Positions 39,070 to 55,694 of a stretch of DNA of 64,000 bases are shown here, piece by piece. A program made the position numbers and the translations under genes. The stretch is from the NCBI RefSeq assembly GCF_009914755.1, contig NC_060936.1. One strand, given 5' to 3'. The notes beneath the pieces were generated by a model. That model made no database searches and was not told the DNA's origin. It was given only the letters and a program-made list of their open reading frames with translations. Within the stretch, counting starts at the first letter, position 1. Every line of letters starts with the position of its first letter. The DNA is from the human T2T-CHM13v2.0 reference genome, Homo sapiens.

Positions 39070-42000
39070 GCTTGACCAAAGTTCATCATGGCAGACAGGA
39101 GGCAGGACTAGATTGCAGCTCTGACTCAGACAGATGTAGCAGCATGCGGAGGCTCTTATCGTGGAATTTTAGCTCCAGAATGACTGCAAGAACAAATGAC
39201 TGCAGGAATCCCAAGAGGACCCACAGACCCTCTGAAGGAAGCGGACTGTTCCTGCAGAACCTGGGAGACACCCCAAATACTGTGAGTGCCCAAACTGCAG
39301 AAGTGGGAAAGGGAGATCCTCCACTCCCAAACATACACCCCCAGGGGGAAACTGAAGGTCTAGTTTGCAGGAGAAGTTTCTGGCTTTACTTGGAGCTGAG
39401 TCAATTTAGAGAGCTAAGCAAAATACAGGGGTAGAGGAAGCAGCAGGAAAGGCCCTGGGAGCTCACTGGGTCCCCAAGCAGGCCATTCCTTCCTGGAACC
39501 ACAGGGATCCTTCAGGAGGGCAGCCAGAGGTGCAGGGAAATGCCACAGGGAAGGCTCCAGCTGAACTTTGTAACAATTTGAACCAGGTGAGAAGCCTCCT
39601 GGCCAGAATTCGGGGGATGTTGGTAGAAGGGCTGAGGCAGGGCTTGCTTGTCTGACATAATGTAAAAGAGTCTTGGAACATGTCCTGGGTCCAGGGTCTA
39701 AAACCTTTCATGGCCTATGGAACACCAAGCTCTGTGCCAAAGGGTGGAAGGCTGCCCTGCTGCACCACAACCTAAGCCCAGGGCATAATACCTCTTGTGG
39801 CTTGGAGAGAATCCAGGGCTCCAGGCATAAAACCCCTCATGGCCTCTGGAATGTGTCCAGACTCGCTGGCTCCTTGCTCCTTGCTCTCCCAGGATCAATT
39901 GTATTTTGAGTTAAAAGAACCTGCTCTCCATTATCTCAAGTAGCAGAGCATATGCTAAGCCATCACAGCTACACTTGATGTATCACTACCTTTCTACCCC
40001 CACATCCTCATGTCCTCACCTGCCTACCCCTACATCTGCACATCCTCACCACCTGCTTCTTTGTTTGATTACCAATAAATAGTGTGGGCTCCCAGAACTC
40101 AGGGGCTTTGCAGCCTCCATGCTAGCATTAGCCCCCTGGACCCACCCTATGTACTTATAACTTGTCTTGTCTCATTTCTTTGACTCTGCCGGACTTCGTA
40201 GCCCCCACAGCCTGGTGTTGGGTCTGATCACCACAACAGGGGAAAGCATGAATCTGGCATACAGACTCCACAGGCAGGGGGAAGAACCAAAGCCCTTTCT
40301 TTCACAGCTAGGTGGTGGGTAGCCTGGGGCAAGTTCTCAAGCCCTGCTTGCTCACTGCCTGGAAACAGACTCAGTGCTCTTAGGTGGAGGCACAGTGGGA
40401 GTGAGAGCAGCCCTTCGGATTGCATGGGAGCTGTGTGAGGCCTGTGACTGCCAGCTTCCCCCCACTTCCCTGACAATCTGCATGATTCAGCAGAGGCAGC
40501 CATAATCCTCCTAGGTACACAACTGCTTTGACCTGGGAACCTCACCCCCATCCCCTACAGCAGCCACAGCAAGACCCACCCATGGAGAGTCTGAGCTCAG
40601 ATATGCCTAGTCCTGCCCCGACCTGATGGGCCTTCCCTTCAGGTCCCTGGTACCTGAAGACAAAAAGCATATACTCTTGGGAGTTCTAGGGCCCTGCCCA
40701 CCACTGGTTCCTCTCCATACTACCACAGCTAATGCTTTCTGGAAAGTGCCACCTCCTGGCAGGAGGCCAACCAACACAAAAATAAATCATTAATCCACCA
40801 AAGCTAAGAACTCCTCATAGAGTCCATTTCACCCCCCTGCCACCTCCACCGGAACAGGTGCTGGTATTAATGGCTGAGAGACCCATAGATGGTTCACGTC
40901 ACAGGACTCTGTGCAGACAACCCCTGGTACTAGCCCGGAGCCTGGTAGACTTGCTGGGTGGCTAGATCCAGAAGAGAGATAACAATCACTGTAGCTTGGC
41001 TGTCAGGAAGCCACATCCATTGGAAAAGGGGGAGAGCACTACATCAAGGAAAAACTCTGTGGGTCAAAAGAATCTGAACAGCTTCAGCTCTAAAACTTCC
41101 CTCTGACAGAGCATACCCAAATGAGAAGGAACCAGAAAACCAGCTCTGGTAATATGACAAAACAAGGTTCTTTAACATCCCCCCAAAATCACACTAGCTC
41201 ACCAGCAATGGATCAAACCAAGAAGAAATCCCTGAAATACCTGAAAAAGAATTCAGGAGGTTAGTTATGAAGCTAACCAAGGAGGCACCAGAGAAAGGTG
41301 AAGCCCAATGCAAGGAAATCCAATACCAATACAAGAATTGAAAGGAGACATATTCGAGGAAATAGCATAAAGAAAAAAAAAATCAAAACTTCAGGAAACA
41401 GACACACTTATAGAAATGCAAAATGCTCTCTGAAAAGTCTCAGCAATAGAAATGAAGAAGTAGAAGAAAGAAATTCAGAGCTCAAACACAAGGTCTTCAA
41501 ATTAACCCATCCAAAAAAGACAGAGAAAAAAGAATAAGAAAATATGAACAAAGCCTCCAAGAAGTCTGGGATTATGCTAAATGACCAAACCTAAAAATAA
41601 TCAGTATTCCTGAGGAGGAAGAGAAATCTAAAAGTTTGGAAAACATATTTGGGGGAATAATTGAGGAAAACTTCCCCAGCCTTACTAGAGACCTAGACAT
41701 GCAAATACAAGAAGCACAAAGAACACCTGGGAAATTCATTGCAAAAAGTTCTTCACTGAGGCACATTGTCATCAGGTTACCCAAAGTTAAGATGAGGGAA
41801 AGAATCTTAAGAGCTGTGAGACAGAAGCACCGGGTAACCTATAAAGGAAAACCTATAAAATTAACAGCAGATTTTTCAGCAGAAACACTACAAGCTAGAA
41901 GGGATTGGGGCCCTATCTTCAGCCTTGTCAAACAAAACAATTATCAGCCAGGAATTTTGCATCCAGCAAAACTAAGCATCACATGAAGGAAAGTTACAGT

Positions 42001-45000
42001 CTTTTTCAGACAAACAAATGCTGAGAGAATTCACCACTACCAAGCCACCACTACAAGAACTGCTACAAGGAGCTCTAAATCTTGAAACAAATCCTGGAAA
42101 CACATCAAAAGAGAACTCTTTAAAGCATAAATCACACAGGACATATAAAACAAAAATACAAGTTAAAAAGCAAAAACACAAAAGGAAACACCCAAGATAC
42201 ACCGGCAACAAATAGCACAATGAATAACAAAGATCAGAGCAGAACTAGAAGAAATTGAAACATAAAAAAAAATAAAAAGATAAATGAAACAAAAAGCTGG
42301 TTCCTTGAAAAGGTAAATAGAATTGATAGATCATTAGCAAGATTAACCAAGAAAAGAAGAGAGAAAATCCAAATAACCTCATTAGGAAAGGAAACAACTA
42401 TTACAACTGACAACACGGGAATAAAAAAGATCATTCAAGGCTGCTATGAACACTTCTATGCACATAAACTAGAAAAACTAGGAGATGGATAAATTCCTGG
42501 AAAAACAATCCTTCCAGCTTAAGTCAGGAAGAATTAGATACCCTGAACAGACCAATAACAAGGAGTGAGATTGAAATGGTAATTTAAAAATTAGCAACAA
42601 AAAAAAGTCCAGGACCAGATGGATTCACAGCAGAATTCTACCATTGAAAGAAGAAGTGGCAAAAATCCTTTTGACACTATTCCACAAGATAAAGAGGGAA
42701 CCTTCCCTAATTCATTCTATGAAGCCAGCATCACCCTAATACCAAAACCAGCAAATGACGTAACCAAAAAAGAAAACTATGGACCAATATCCCTGATGAA
42801 GATAGATGCTAAAATCCTTAAGAAAATACTAGCTAACCAAATCCAGCAGCATATCAAAAAGAGAATCCACCATGATCAAGTGGATTTCATACCAGCGATG
42901 CAGGGATGGCTTAACATACTCAAGTCAATAAATGTGATACACCACGTAAACAGAATTTAAAACAAAAGTCATATGATCATCTCAATAGATGCAGAAAAAG
43001 CATTTGACAAACTGCAGCATCACTTTATGATTAAAACTCTCAGCAAAATTGGCATACGAGGGACATGCCTCAATGTAATTAAAGCCATCTATGACAAACC
43101 AACAGCCAACATAATACTGAATGGGGAAAAGTTGAAAACATTCTCTCTGAGAAATGAAACAAGACAAGGATGCCTACTTCCAGATCACTCCTCATCAGCA
43201 TAGTACTAGAAATCCTAAACACAGCAATCAGACAAGAGAAAGAAATAAAGGGCATCAAAATCAATAAAGAGGAAGTCAAATTGTCACTGTTTGCTGATGA
43301 TATGATCATTTACCTCGAAAACCCTAAAGACTCCTCCAGAAAGCTCCTAGAACTGATGAAAGAATTCAGCAAAGTTTCTGGATACAAGATTATTGTACAC
43401 AAATCAGTAGCTCTTCTATATACCATCAGTGACCAAGTAGGAATCAAATCAAGAACTCAACTCCTTTTAAAATAGCTGCAAAAATAAAAATAAAAATACT
43501 TAGAAATATACCTAACAAAGGAGGTGAAAGTCCTCTACAAGGGAAGCTACAAAACACTGCTGAAAGAAATCATAGACGACACAAACAAATGAAAACACAC
43601 CCCATACTCATGGATGGGTAGAATCAATATTGTGAAAATGACCATACTGCCAAAAGCAATCTACAAATTCAATGCTATCCCCATCAAAATACCACCATCA
43701 TTCTTCACAGAGTTAGAAAAAACAATTCTAAAATTCACATGAAACCAAAAGGAGCCCAAATAGCCAAAGCAAGACTAAGCAAAAAGAACAAATCTGAATG
43801 CATCACACTACCTGATTTTAAACTATACTACAAGGCCATAGTCACCAAAACAGCATGGTACTGGTACAAAAATAGGCACGTAGACCAATGGAATAGAATA
43901 GTGAACCAAGAAATAAACCCAAATACTTACAGCCTGCTGATCTTCAACAAACCAAACCAAAACAGTAAGTGGGGAAAGGACACCCTTTTCAACAAATGGT
44001 GCTGGGATAATTGGCTAGCTACAAGTAGGAGAATGAAACTGGATCCTCAGCTCTCACCTTGTACAAAAAGCAACTCAAGATGGATTAAGGGCTTAAATCT
44101 AAGACCTGAAACTATAAAAATTCTAGAAGATAACATTGGAAAAACCCTTTTAGACATTGGCTTAGGCAAGGATTTCATGAGCAAGAACCCAAAAGCAAAT
44201 GCAATAAAAACAAAGATAAATAGCTGGGTCTTAATTAAGCTAAAGAGCCTTTTGCACAGCAAAAGGAACAATCAGCAGAGTAAACAGGCAATCCACAAAG
44301 TGGGAGAAAATCTTCACAATTTATACATCTGACAAAGGACTAATATCCAGGATCTACAATGAACTCAAACAAATCAGTAAGAAAAAAACAAACAATCCCA
44401 TCAAAAAGTGGGCTAAGGACCTGAATAGACAATTCTCAAAGAAGATATACAAATGGCCAAAAAACATGAAAAACTCCTCTGCATCACGAATTATCAGGGG
44501 AATGCAAATCAAAACCACAATGCAGTACCTCCTTCCTCCTGCAAGAATGGACATAATCGAAAAATCAAAAAAACAGTAGCTGTTGGTGTGGATGGGGTGA
44601 TCAGGGAACACTTCTACACTGCTGGTGGGAATGTAAACTAGTACAGCCACTATGGAAAACAGTGGGGAGATTCCTTAAAGAACTAAAATTAGAACTACCA
44701 TTTGATCCAGCAATCCCACTACTGGGTATCTACCCAGAGAAAAAGAAGAATGAATTAACAGCAATTGCAGCAAACTGGGTGAGACTGGAGACTATTATTC
44801 TAAGTGAAGTGACTCAGGAATGGAAAACCAAACATTGTATGTTCTCACTGATATGTGGGAGCTAAGCTATGAGGATGCAAAGGCATAAGAATGATACAAT
44901 GGACTTTGGGGACTTGGGGGGAAGAGTGGTAGAGGGGCAAGGGATAAAAGGCTACAAATAGGGTGCAATGTATACTGTTTGGATGATGGGTGCACTAAAA

Positions 45001-45082
45001 TCTCACAAATCACCACTAAAGAACATGCTCATGTAACCAAATATCACCTGTATCCCAATAACCTATGGAAAAAATATAAAAA
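39070..45082 (+). mobile_element. Full-length but internally deleted L1PB (L1PB1/L1PBa-like); ORF1 and ORF2 disrupted
   Basis: 5'UTR catggcagacaggaggcaggactagattgcagct; ORF1 fragments (41636-41986); RT fragments (42619-43475, [11 protein letters not shown]); L1PB 3' end; 13-bp TSD GAAGGAAACAGCT at 39057-39069 and 45083-45095. Confidence 0.93.
39618..40238 (+). mobile_element. Solo LTR (LTR22 / HERV-K HML-5-like) inserted in the L1PB 5'UTR
   Basis: TGTTG...CAACA termini, AATAAA near 40074, 5-bp TSD GGGGA at 39613-39617 and 40239-40243. Family assignment from memory. Confidence 0.78.
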
Positions 45083-47378
45083 GAAGGAAACAGCTAAGCA
45101 ATGTGTTGAGAAAAGAGTATTTCAATGAGAGAGAACTTAAATGCAAAGACCATGAGATCTGTACAGATGTTATCTCCTTTATCCTCACTATGTTTCTGTA
45201 AGGGAGGTAGTGTTAGGCAAATTTTATAGATAGCAAAATGGAACCACAGAACTAACACACATAAGATCACTTTGTCAGCTAGCAAACAGGATGCCATGAT
45301 ATGAGCTCAGGAGTCTTTGACCACCACCAGCCTTCTCTTTCTGCACCCCCATGCTGCTTCGTGGGATCTAAAGCACAACTTAAATGCATGTCCCTGCAAG
45401 GAATTCCAGAGGAAGAGAGGTTCCTATCCCAAATATAGGTAAATCTCCTAGATGGTTCTGGTTCTTTGTTTTCTTTCCACTAATCAATATGCAAGAAAGA
45501 CTTATTTGGATCTATTTGTTTATTAATTCATTCAATAGATTTTTTGAGTGTCATTGCATAAACTTACTATTTGCATTTAAAATTCAGAATGCAGCCATGG
45601 TAAATAGTATGAACTATTTTCTTTCAAGGAATTGAGAGTGGTTTTGTTTTTAGTATATTGTCTGGAAATCCTAGCCGTATAATCCACTTTACCAAAAGTT
45701 ACATGGAAGGATATAAAACTATTATAGATTAAAAGTCTTCCTGTCAGTTGGCTGAAAATTATCTGTAACATTTAATATGTGACTCTGTTTGGAAAAAAAT
45801 ATAGCCAACCACCTTTTTAATCCTCTTTTCGATGTTTTGGGAAACATAAAGTTGGGATCTTTTCATTCATTTGCAAAATAAAACAGTATTTTTTAAGGCA
45901 TTGATTTATATTTCATTTAAGGCATTGAATTGTTTTATTATTGAGCCTGTCTCTGAACTCTGAGAAATTCCAAGGGAAAGAATTAAAGATCTTCAATTCA
46001 GCCTTGCCTAAATCTACTATTTTCAACCAACTTTTTTTCTGCTGTGCTTTCTTGCGTATTTTCTTAATGGATAGATAGGACAATGGTACAGCAGAAATAA
46101 TGAATGTTTATCTACCACTTCCATTAAATATGTCAATGCTTTTATGAAAGGAAATCTATGGTTACTTAAGCCAATGCCTGCACTTAGTACTCAGCCATAA
46201 CCGTTCTCATACCTGGAATCTAAAGAGGTAGCATCAGTAATCTGTACACACTAAGTACTTAATATTGCTCAGTGGAAAGAGAAATGCTGTTATATATTAC
46301 TCTACATTTTTCATAGTCTTTATAATGTTTTATATCCAAATGTATCATTATGTAGTTTCACTGATCAGTAAGAGAGCTAGATCGTGTAAGCTTTATAAGA
46401 ACGTTGGCTTTTACTCAAAGGGGATGAGAAACTATCAGGGGATTTTGAGTAGGGATGACATCATCTGGCCTTTGTTTTTTAACAGAACAAATCTGGCTGC
46501 TGTTATGAGTGTAGACCAAAGGCTGGATGGATAGAAATGAGGAAATGAGATAGGAGGCAGAGCAGTAATTTTGGTGGCAGGTCATAGTGCCTTTGTATAG
46601 GGTAACAGAATATGCTAGAGCCTAGAATACAGGCATCAAGCTGTTATGAGCTTGGCATTTTTACCACTGTATCCCCAGGGTGTGGAATCATTTCTGGAGT
46701 ATAGCAGGAGCTCAGTAATTCTTGCTGCATGCATGAATGGATGGATAGACTGACAGTTTTTCACACTTATGTCTTCTCTCCATCTGTTTATTACTTAAGT
46801 TTTAACATCTAAGCTACTTGCCTCATCCTCACAGTTTTTAAACTAAAGCAAAAGTGAAACAAAAGCAAAACAGCCAAGTTTCTTCTAAATTTAATTGAAT
46901 TCAACAAGTCTTTTTTTAAAGCACTTTTATGTGGTTTCTTTGGGCTATTAAGGATATCAAATGCCAACAGAATGTTCTAAGACTGTTAGATGAGATTGTT
47001 GCTTAGGGTCACAGCTATGCCACAGCACCACAATTTACTTTAAAATTAAGATTGCTACATAGTTTTAATTTCCTCCTCAGAAGGGCAATAACCTTTCAAT
47101 GAATCAGACTCGGCTTTTTCTGCTTACTATAAATGGAACCATGTGACCATTACATTACAAAGTGCATAAATGGCAGGCTATATTAGAAAAGTTTGGGGAC
47201 AAGGAGCACAAGAATGTATTGGGCACATAACCTTTTTGTGTGATAAAGAAGATAAATAAGAAGACATGCAAACAGATGTGTTGATACATATAAAGAAACA
47301 CTGAATAGATATAGAAGCAACTAAAAAGGCTGATTGCAAGGCTCAGGAGATAAATTGGATGGACAGGGCAAACTTTTT

Positions 47379-49913
<2,535 letters not shown>

Positions 49914-52588
49914 ACAGGGCAAACTTTTTAATAGATTTTTTATATCATTTTGATGATCATGTAAATTATTACCTATTTAATGAGTATATAAATAAATAAA
50001 AATGACATCTTTTAAATAGCTGTGGGGGGCAAGGGGGTGGGGACAGTAGGGAAGAAGGGCCTAGGGAAACTTGAAGTGAAACAAGTGTTCATTTTGTCAC
50101 TTTTCCAGCCCTCATCAACTGCATTTGGAGCTGAGACTTCTCAGATGAAGTGTATGTATGTAAACATTAGTAAATAATAACCAATCACATTTTGTTCATC
50201 TTTTTTTCTTAAGGAATAAAGAAGCCTATGTTCATGAGAATGCTGATTCTTAAAGGGCTAGAAAGGCCAGCTGAAAAAGGCTAATCTGTAGAGATGCCTG
50301 GGAATTCTTTGATCTTTTTGGAGGCTAAAAGAAGTAAAATTCTGCTATGGAAATTGTCCTATTATATTTCTGCTTTCAAGAAGGGGCTACAAGATTATGA
50401 GGTTTTGCAACATTGCCCTCCTAGTCCTGTGTACATTGCTGTAAAGACTCCCAGGCATGGAGGCCATCAATGGCACTGTTCCTCTTAGCAGTTATTTGGG
50501 TGTGAAGTTCCTCACTCCTGCAAGGCTCAGCCTGAAGCAGCATGTCTACATGACCCACCTGCAGAATCTCCCCACTTGTCAGTAACAGCTGTGAAATCTG
50601 TCCCTGTTGTCTTTAGGTAAGAAATTTCACCAATGACAGTAACACCTTGCTCTTGTGTAGAGTTTTATATTTTTCAAAATGTTTTGACCTGTGTTATTTC
50701 TTCTTATGTATTCAGAGAAACTGAAAGATGGAAAAGATCTCAGATGCTGTGACCCCGATGTAACAGATGGAGAAATTGAATCCAAGAGATGAAGTGACCA
50801 CTTTGCCTAAAATCAAATAGCCATGTAGCAGCCGAGCTAAAACAAACATTCAGTCCTCCTGAATCCTAACTCAGTGATTTGTCTTACTATTACATAATAA
50901 CATCCATTGTTTTCCTGAGTCTCCCCTATCATTTTATTATTCTTCTTGACCCATTCATATTAGTTTTTTTCTTTTATGGGTTAAAGGTGACCTTAATCAA
51001 AATTTGATACTTACATAAGTATGATATAAAATAACTTATATCTATATTTAATAATTTCTTATTTTAGTTGATGCTTTCAAAAATTGCCAGAAAACAGATT
51101 ATTTTTGCCACCAAGCAGTTACAGTTTCATCTTCATGTTCCCTCTCTTAACATGCTGAAAAATTAAGCATAAATAGAAATGCTAATTAGAGTTGTCTTCC
51201 TTGTCAATGCTATGATTTATATTTGACCTGTTTCCTATCAGATTTGCCACAAGCTAGAATCTTCTGAGCATTTCTCCCTCATATATGTTCTCTACCAGTC
51301 AGCAGACACTAATAAAGGGTATCAAAATCCTGGCAAGAAAATGTTTCTTAAAGTAGTAGCTGATGCTAGACACTAAGTAAGTCAAGTTTCCTATTGCATA
51401 GTGAAAGAGAAAAAAAGCTTTTATGTCTAAATTCAGTTTTAGTAAAAGGGAAAGCCTTATATCCAGGTCAAGGTCCAATCCACTAAGATTTGAATCTATT
51501 GAGGTATTGTATCTTAGAATTCAGAGCTTGGCATGCTTAATATTTAGAAACACTTTAAAAAGTTAAAAACATTGCACAGTTAGAGTGACATCACTGCAAA
51601 GGTGAATATTTTCAAAGGATTCTGATTCCATTTTGACAGCTTTCTTTACTTGACATTCATAGGCTCCACACTTACTAAGGGCTGACTTGGTACCACAGCA
51701 CTAAAAGGTACATCCTCTGGTTATTAAAAGGAGTATGATGAAAAGTATTACTTGGGAGCATGTGGGACTTCCTCTTGATTGATAAATAAAATACTGTTTT
51801 CCTCCCTTACTGATAATCTCACTCCGTGTTGCCAATATTATAGCAGTTTTCTGTATGATTTCTTACTTGAAAATGCTATGGTAGAAGTGAGAGTCTGAGT
51901 TTTTTCCTGGCTCACTCTTAAATGTATCCCCAATATCTCTTTCATTTTCTAAATTGGGGAGGAAATTAGGACCCCAGCTTCCAACTATCTTAACTGTATT
52001 CAGTAAAACTTTTTTTCTACTTAAAAAATTGTGTAAGTTAACTGAAATTGGAAATGCTTTAAAAAATTGAAAATAGAATGTTAAATAAATCTAGAAAGAT
52101 CTCACTTTATCATTAAGAATAATAACTATAAATGTGATCAATGAACTTTTTTTATTAAACCCCAAATAATTATAAACAGTGGTTTATAATTTTACATGGC
52201 TCAAGGAAAATGAAAATTTCTAAATAAGATATAGAATAGTTCAAATTTTCTGTTTCATTTTCTGCAAGGTATCTAGTCTTAGTTTGGGAAAGCCAGAAAC
52301 TTTCTGTAAAGTTATAGAGAAACTTTTTAAATGTCCAGTGCCTCTAAATTTTAGCATAGACATGTGCACTGAAAAAAATCTAGAGTTATACTGAAGAAAA
52401 TGTTTTTGTGCTAAAGTTTAAATTACAGTAAATTACAGAGAGTAGAACTCTACATCTGAGCTTTTTCACTGCTTAAAGAGATTGAGAAGGATTCAATGCT
52501 GCCACATGAGCCAGCCACACAAGCAAACACTCCTACAACAGATATTTACAGGCCTTTCACAAAAATTAATGTAAAATGGATCAGAGTC

Positions 52589-52987
52589 TGCTATAGTTTG
52601 AATGCTTTTGTCAAAATTTATGTTGAAACTTAATTCCTAATGCAACAGTAGTAAGAAGTGTGGCCTTTAAGAGGTAATTGAGTCATGAAGTCCCTGCCCT
52701 CATAAACAGGATATGGTGCCCTTATAAAAAGGCTTGACAGAGGGAGTTTGCTCCTTTCTAGCCCTGCCATTCATGCCACCCTTTGAGGACACAGCATTTC
52801 ACCCCTCCAGAGTATGCAGCAGTAAGGCAACTTCTTAGAAGCCAAGATGGAGCCCTTACCAGACATCAAACCTTCTGATGCCTTGATCTTGGACTTCACC
52901 TCCAGAACTGTGAGAAATAAATTTGTCTTCTTTCTAAATTACCCTGCCTCAAGTATTTTGTTATAGCAGCGCAGATGGACTAAGACA
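52589..52987 (+). mobile_element. MST (MSTC/D-like) solo LTR
   Basis: tgctatagtttgaatg...gttatagcagcgcagatggactaagaca; near-TSD GAGTC/GAGAC. Confidence 0.88.
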
Positions 52988-55336
52988 GAGACCTAAATTT
53001 AAAATGCAAAACAATAAATTTTCTGGAGGATGAAACATGGGAGAAAATCTAATTGACCTTCGGTTTGTTGATGAGTTTTTAGATACAGCACCAAAGCATG
53101 ATCCATGAAATAAAAATCTAAAAAACCTTATTAAAATTAAAAATTTCTGCTCTGCAAAAGAGACTCTTAAAACAATAACACAATTCATAGACTGGGAGAA
53201 AATATGTACAACACAAATATATGATAAAGGACTTATATCCAAAATATACCAGAAAAACCTTTTAAAACTCAGCAACAACAAAAAAGCCCAATTAAAAAGT
53301 GAGCAAAAGTTCTGAACAAACATGTCATCAAAGGTGATATGCAGACAGGAAGTAAGCATACAAATAGACATTTAACATCATGTGTCAGCAGGAAAATGCA
53401 AATTAAAGCAACAATGAGATACCACTATACACCTATTAGACTGTTTAGCATACAAAAAAAGCTGACAATACCAAATGATAGCAAGTATGCAGAGCAATTC
53501 AAACTCTCATTAATTCCTGGTGGGAATAAAAAATGGTGGAGCCATTTTGGAAGACTGGTGGTTTCTTGCAAAGCTAAACATAGTCTTGCCATATAATCTA
53601 GCAACTACACTCTTAGATATCTGCCCAAGTGCTTTGAAAACTTATGTTCATACAAAACCTATATACAAATGTTTGTAGCAGCTTTATTCATAATGGCCTC
53701 AAACTGAAAACAACCAAGATGTCCTTACATAGGTAAATAGAAAAATTCAAGTACATTCATATAATGTAATGCTATTCAGCACTAAAACAGGAATGAGCTA
53801 TCAAAGTATAAACAAATACAGATGCATCTTAAATGCATGCTGCCAAATGAAAAAAAGCCAGTCTGAAAAGGCTATGTGCTATAGGATGCCAATTATGTTA
53901 CATTTTGAAAACGGCAAAATTTGGACTTGGAAAACCAATCAGTCTTTGCCAAGGGTTTGGAAGGAGGAGAGTTGAATAGTGGAACGTAGGGATTGCTTTT
54001 AGGGTGTTGAAAAAGATTTTGTATGATACTATAACGGTGACTGCCTGACACTATGCATTTGTCAAAACCCATAGAATTTTACAGTACAAATACTTAACTC
54101 TGTTGTATGAAAATGTTTAAAAGTCATTTAGGAGGTCAAGGAATCTTAGAATGGAACTCAGAATGCATCAAAAATATCTAACTGTATTACTACAGTGGGG
54201 GAAAATGGTTCTGAATTTGGATATGAATATGGTCTGTAGGAATAAAGACAAAACATAAGCATTATACTTTAGTAGATAAGGTTGTTTCTTACAGAGCTAT
54301 AGGTTAACAATTCTGAAACCACTAAATATGTATACTGGAATTGAGAAATTAAGTAAATACACAGGGGATGTATTTACTTAATTGGGAGCAATGTTTCTCA
54401 CTCTTGGTATGGAAGGTTAGAAATAAGCAAAGAAAGGAGGCTAGAATGATACATGTCATAAAGGATTAAATTTGGAAATATACTGAAGATATCAAATGTG
54501 AACTCATGTTTAGCTTAATGTAATCCACAAGTGACATATAAAATGTAACTTGCGTAAATAGATTAGTATGCACATATTTCCTTGCCCATCAGCTGAGAAA
54601 ACCTGGAAGCAATGATGCTGCAGAAGCAACAGTCATGCCCCATGCCCAAATCTTGATTTTTAATGCCATTCTCCAATAAGGGAACAAAGACTTCTTACAG
54701 AAATGGCTGGTCTTTAGACCAGAATGGAAAATATACAAAATGTCCTTGGAGCATATGCTAGTGCCACAAAGTAAGAAAATGGTAAAAGAAAAAAATCTCA
54801 CAATGATGGACATTGTGTCTCCATGTAAAAGAGTCACAGGGGCCAACAGAAAGAGTTCCCAGTGACCAAAGCTAGAATCATTAGAACAACAAAATAAAGT
54901 AACATTAAAGTACAAACAAAAATGTAAAGTAAATATCCATTAATCCATACTGACATAAATGACTGAATATATACATAAATGGAGAAGAATAGATAAATCT
55001 CCTGTCCAGAAGAATTCCAAATAATTTATGTAGGTATCTACCCTCAAGGAAGTGAATGGTAACTCTCAGCCTCTTAAGTGTGGGCTGAACAATATTAGCT
55101 CCCTTCTAAAAAGAGACAGTATAGAAAGGGGGAAAAATGGAATAAACTTGGAGTGAAGAAATTTGACAAACACTAGCTCAGCTAAGTGATCAAGGCAATC
55201 ACCAACAGTGATTCATCATGTTGATGGTATGTATTCTTGATTCGCTGTAATGAGGATTTTATTCTGTGGTCTTCCTCCCCCAAATCCATAACCCCAATCT
55301 AATCATGAGAAAAGTATCAAATCCCAAATGAGGGGC

Positions 55337-55694
55337 TGTTTTAGTCCATTCAGACTGATATCACAAAATACCTTAGATTTGGTGGTTTATATGTAACAGA
55401 AATTCATTTCTAACAATGTTGGAGGCTAAGAAGTCCAAGACCAAGGCAGCAGTAGATCTGGTGTCTGGTGAGAGCTTGCTCTGCTTCACAGATGGAGCCT
55501 TCTTGCTTCATCTTCACATGGCAAAGGCACAAGCATGCTTCCTCAGGCCTCTTTTACAAGGGCACTAATCCCATTTATGGGGTGGAGCCCTCATGACCTA
55601 ATTACCCCCTGGAGACTCCACGGCTTAATATTATTGCACTAAGGATTTGGTCTCAACATTTGAATTGCGGGAGGAGAAACATCAGACCATAGCA
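55337..55694 (-). mobile_element. MSTD/MLT1A-like solo LTR
   Basis: tgttttagtccattcagactg...catcagaccatagca; perfect 5-bp TSD GGGGC. Confidence 0.88.

Noticed and set aside
39638-39690. p53 response element in the LTR (GGGCTTGCTT, GAACATGTCC)
   Set aside because: The two half-sites are more than 20 bp apart, so this is not a canonical full site.
41298-44865. RT-like and ORF1-like ORFs as an active retroelement or novel RT system
   Set aside because: Fragments of a dead L1PB with many stops and frameshifts and no endonuclease domain.
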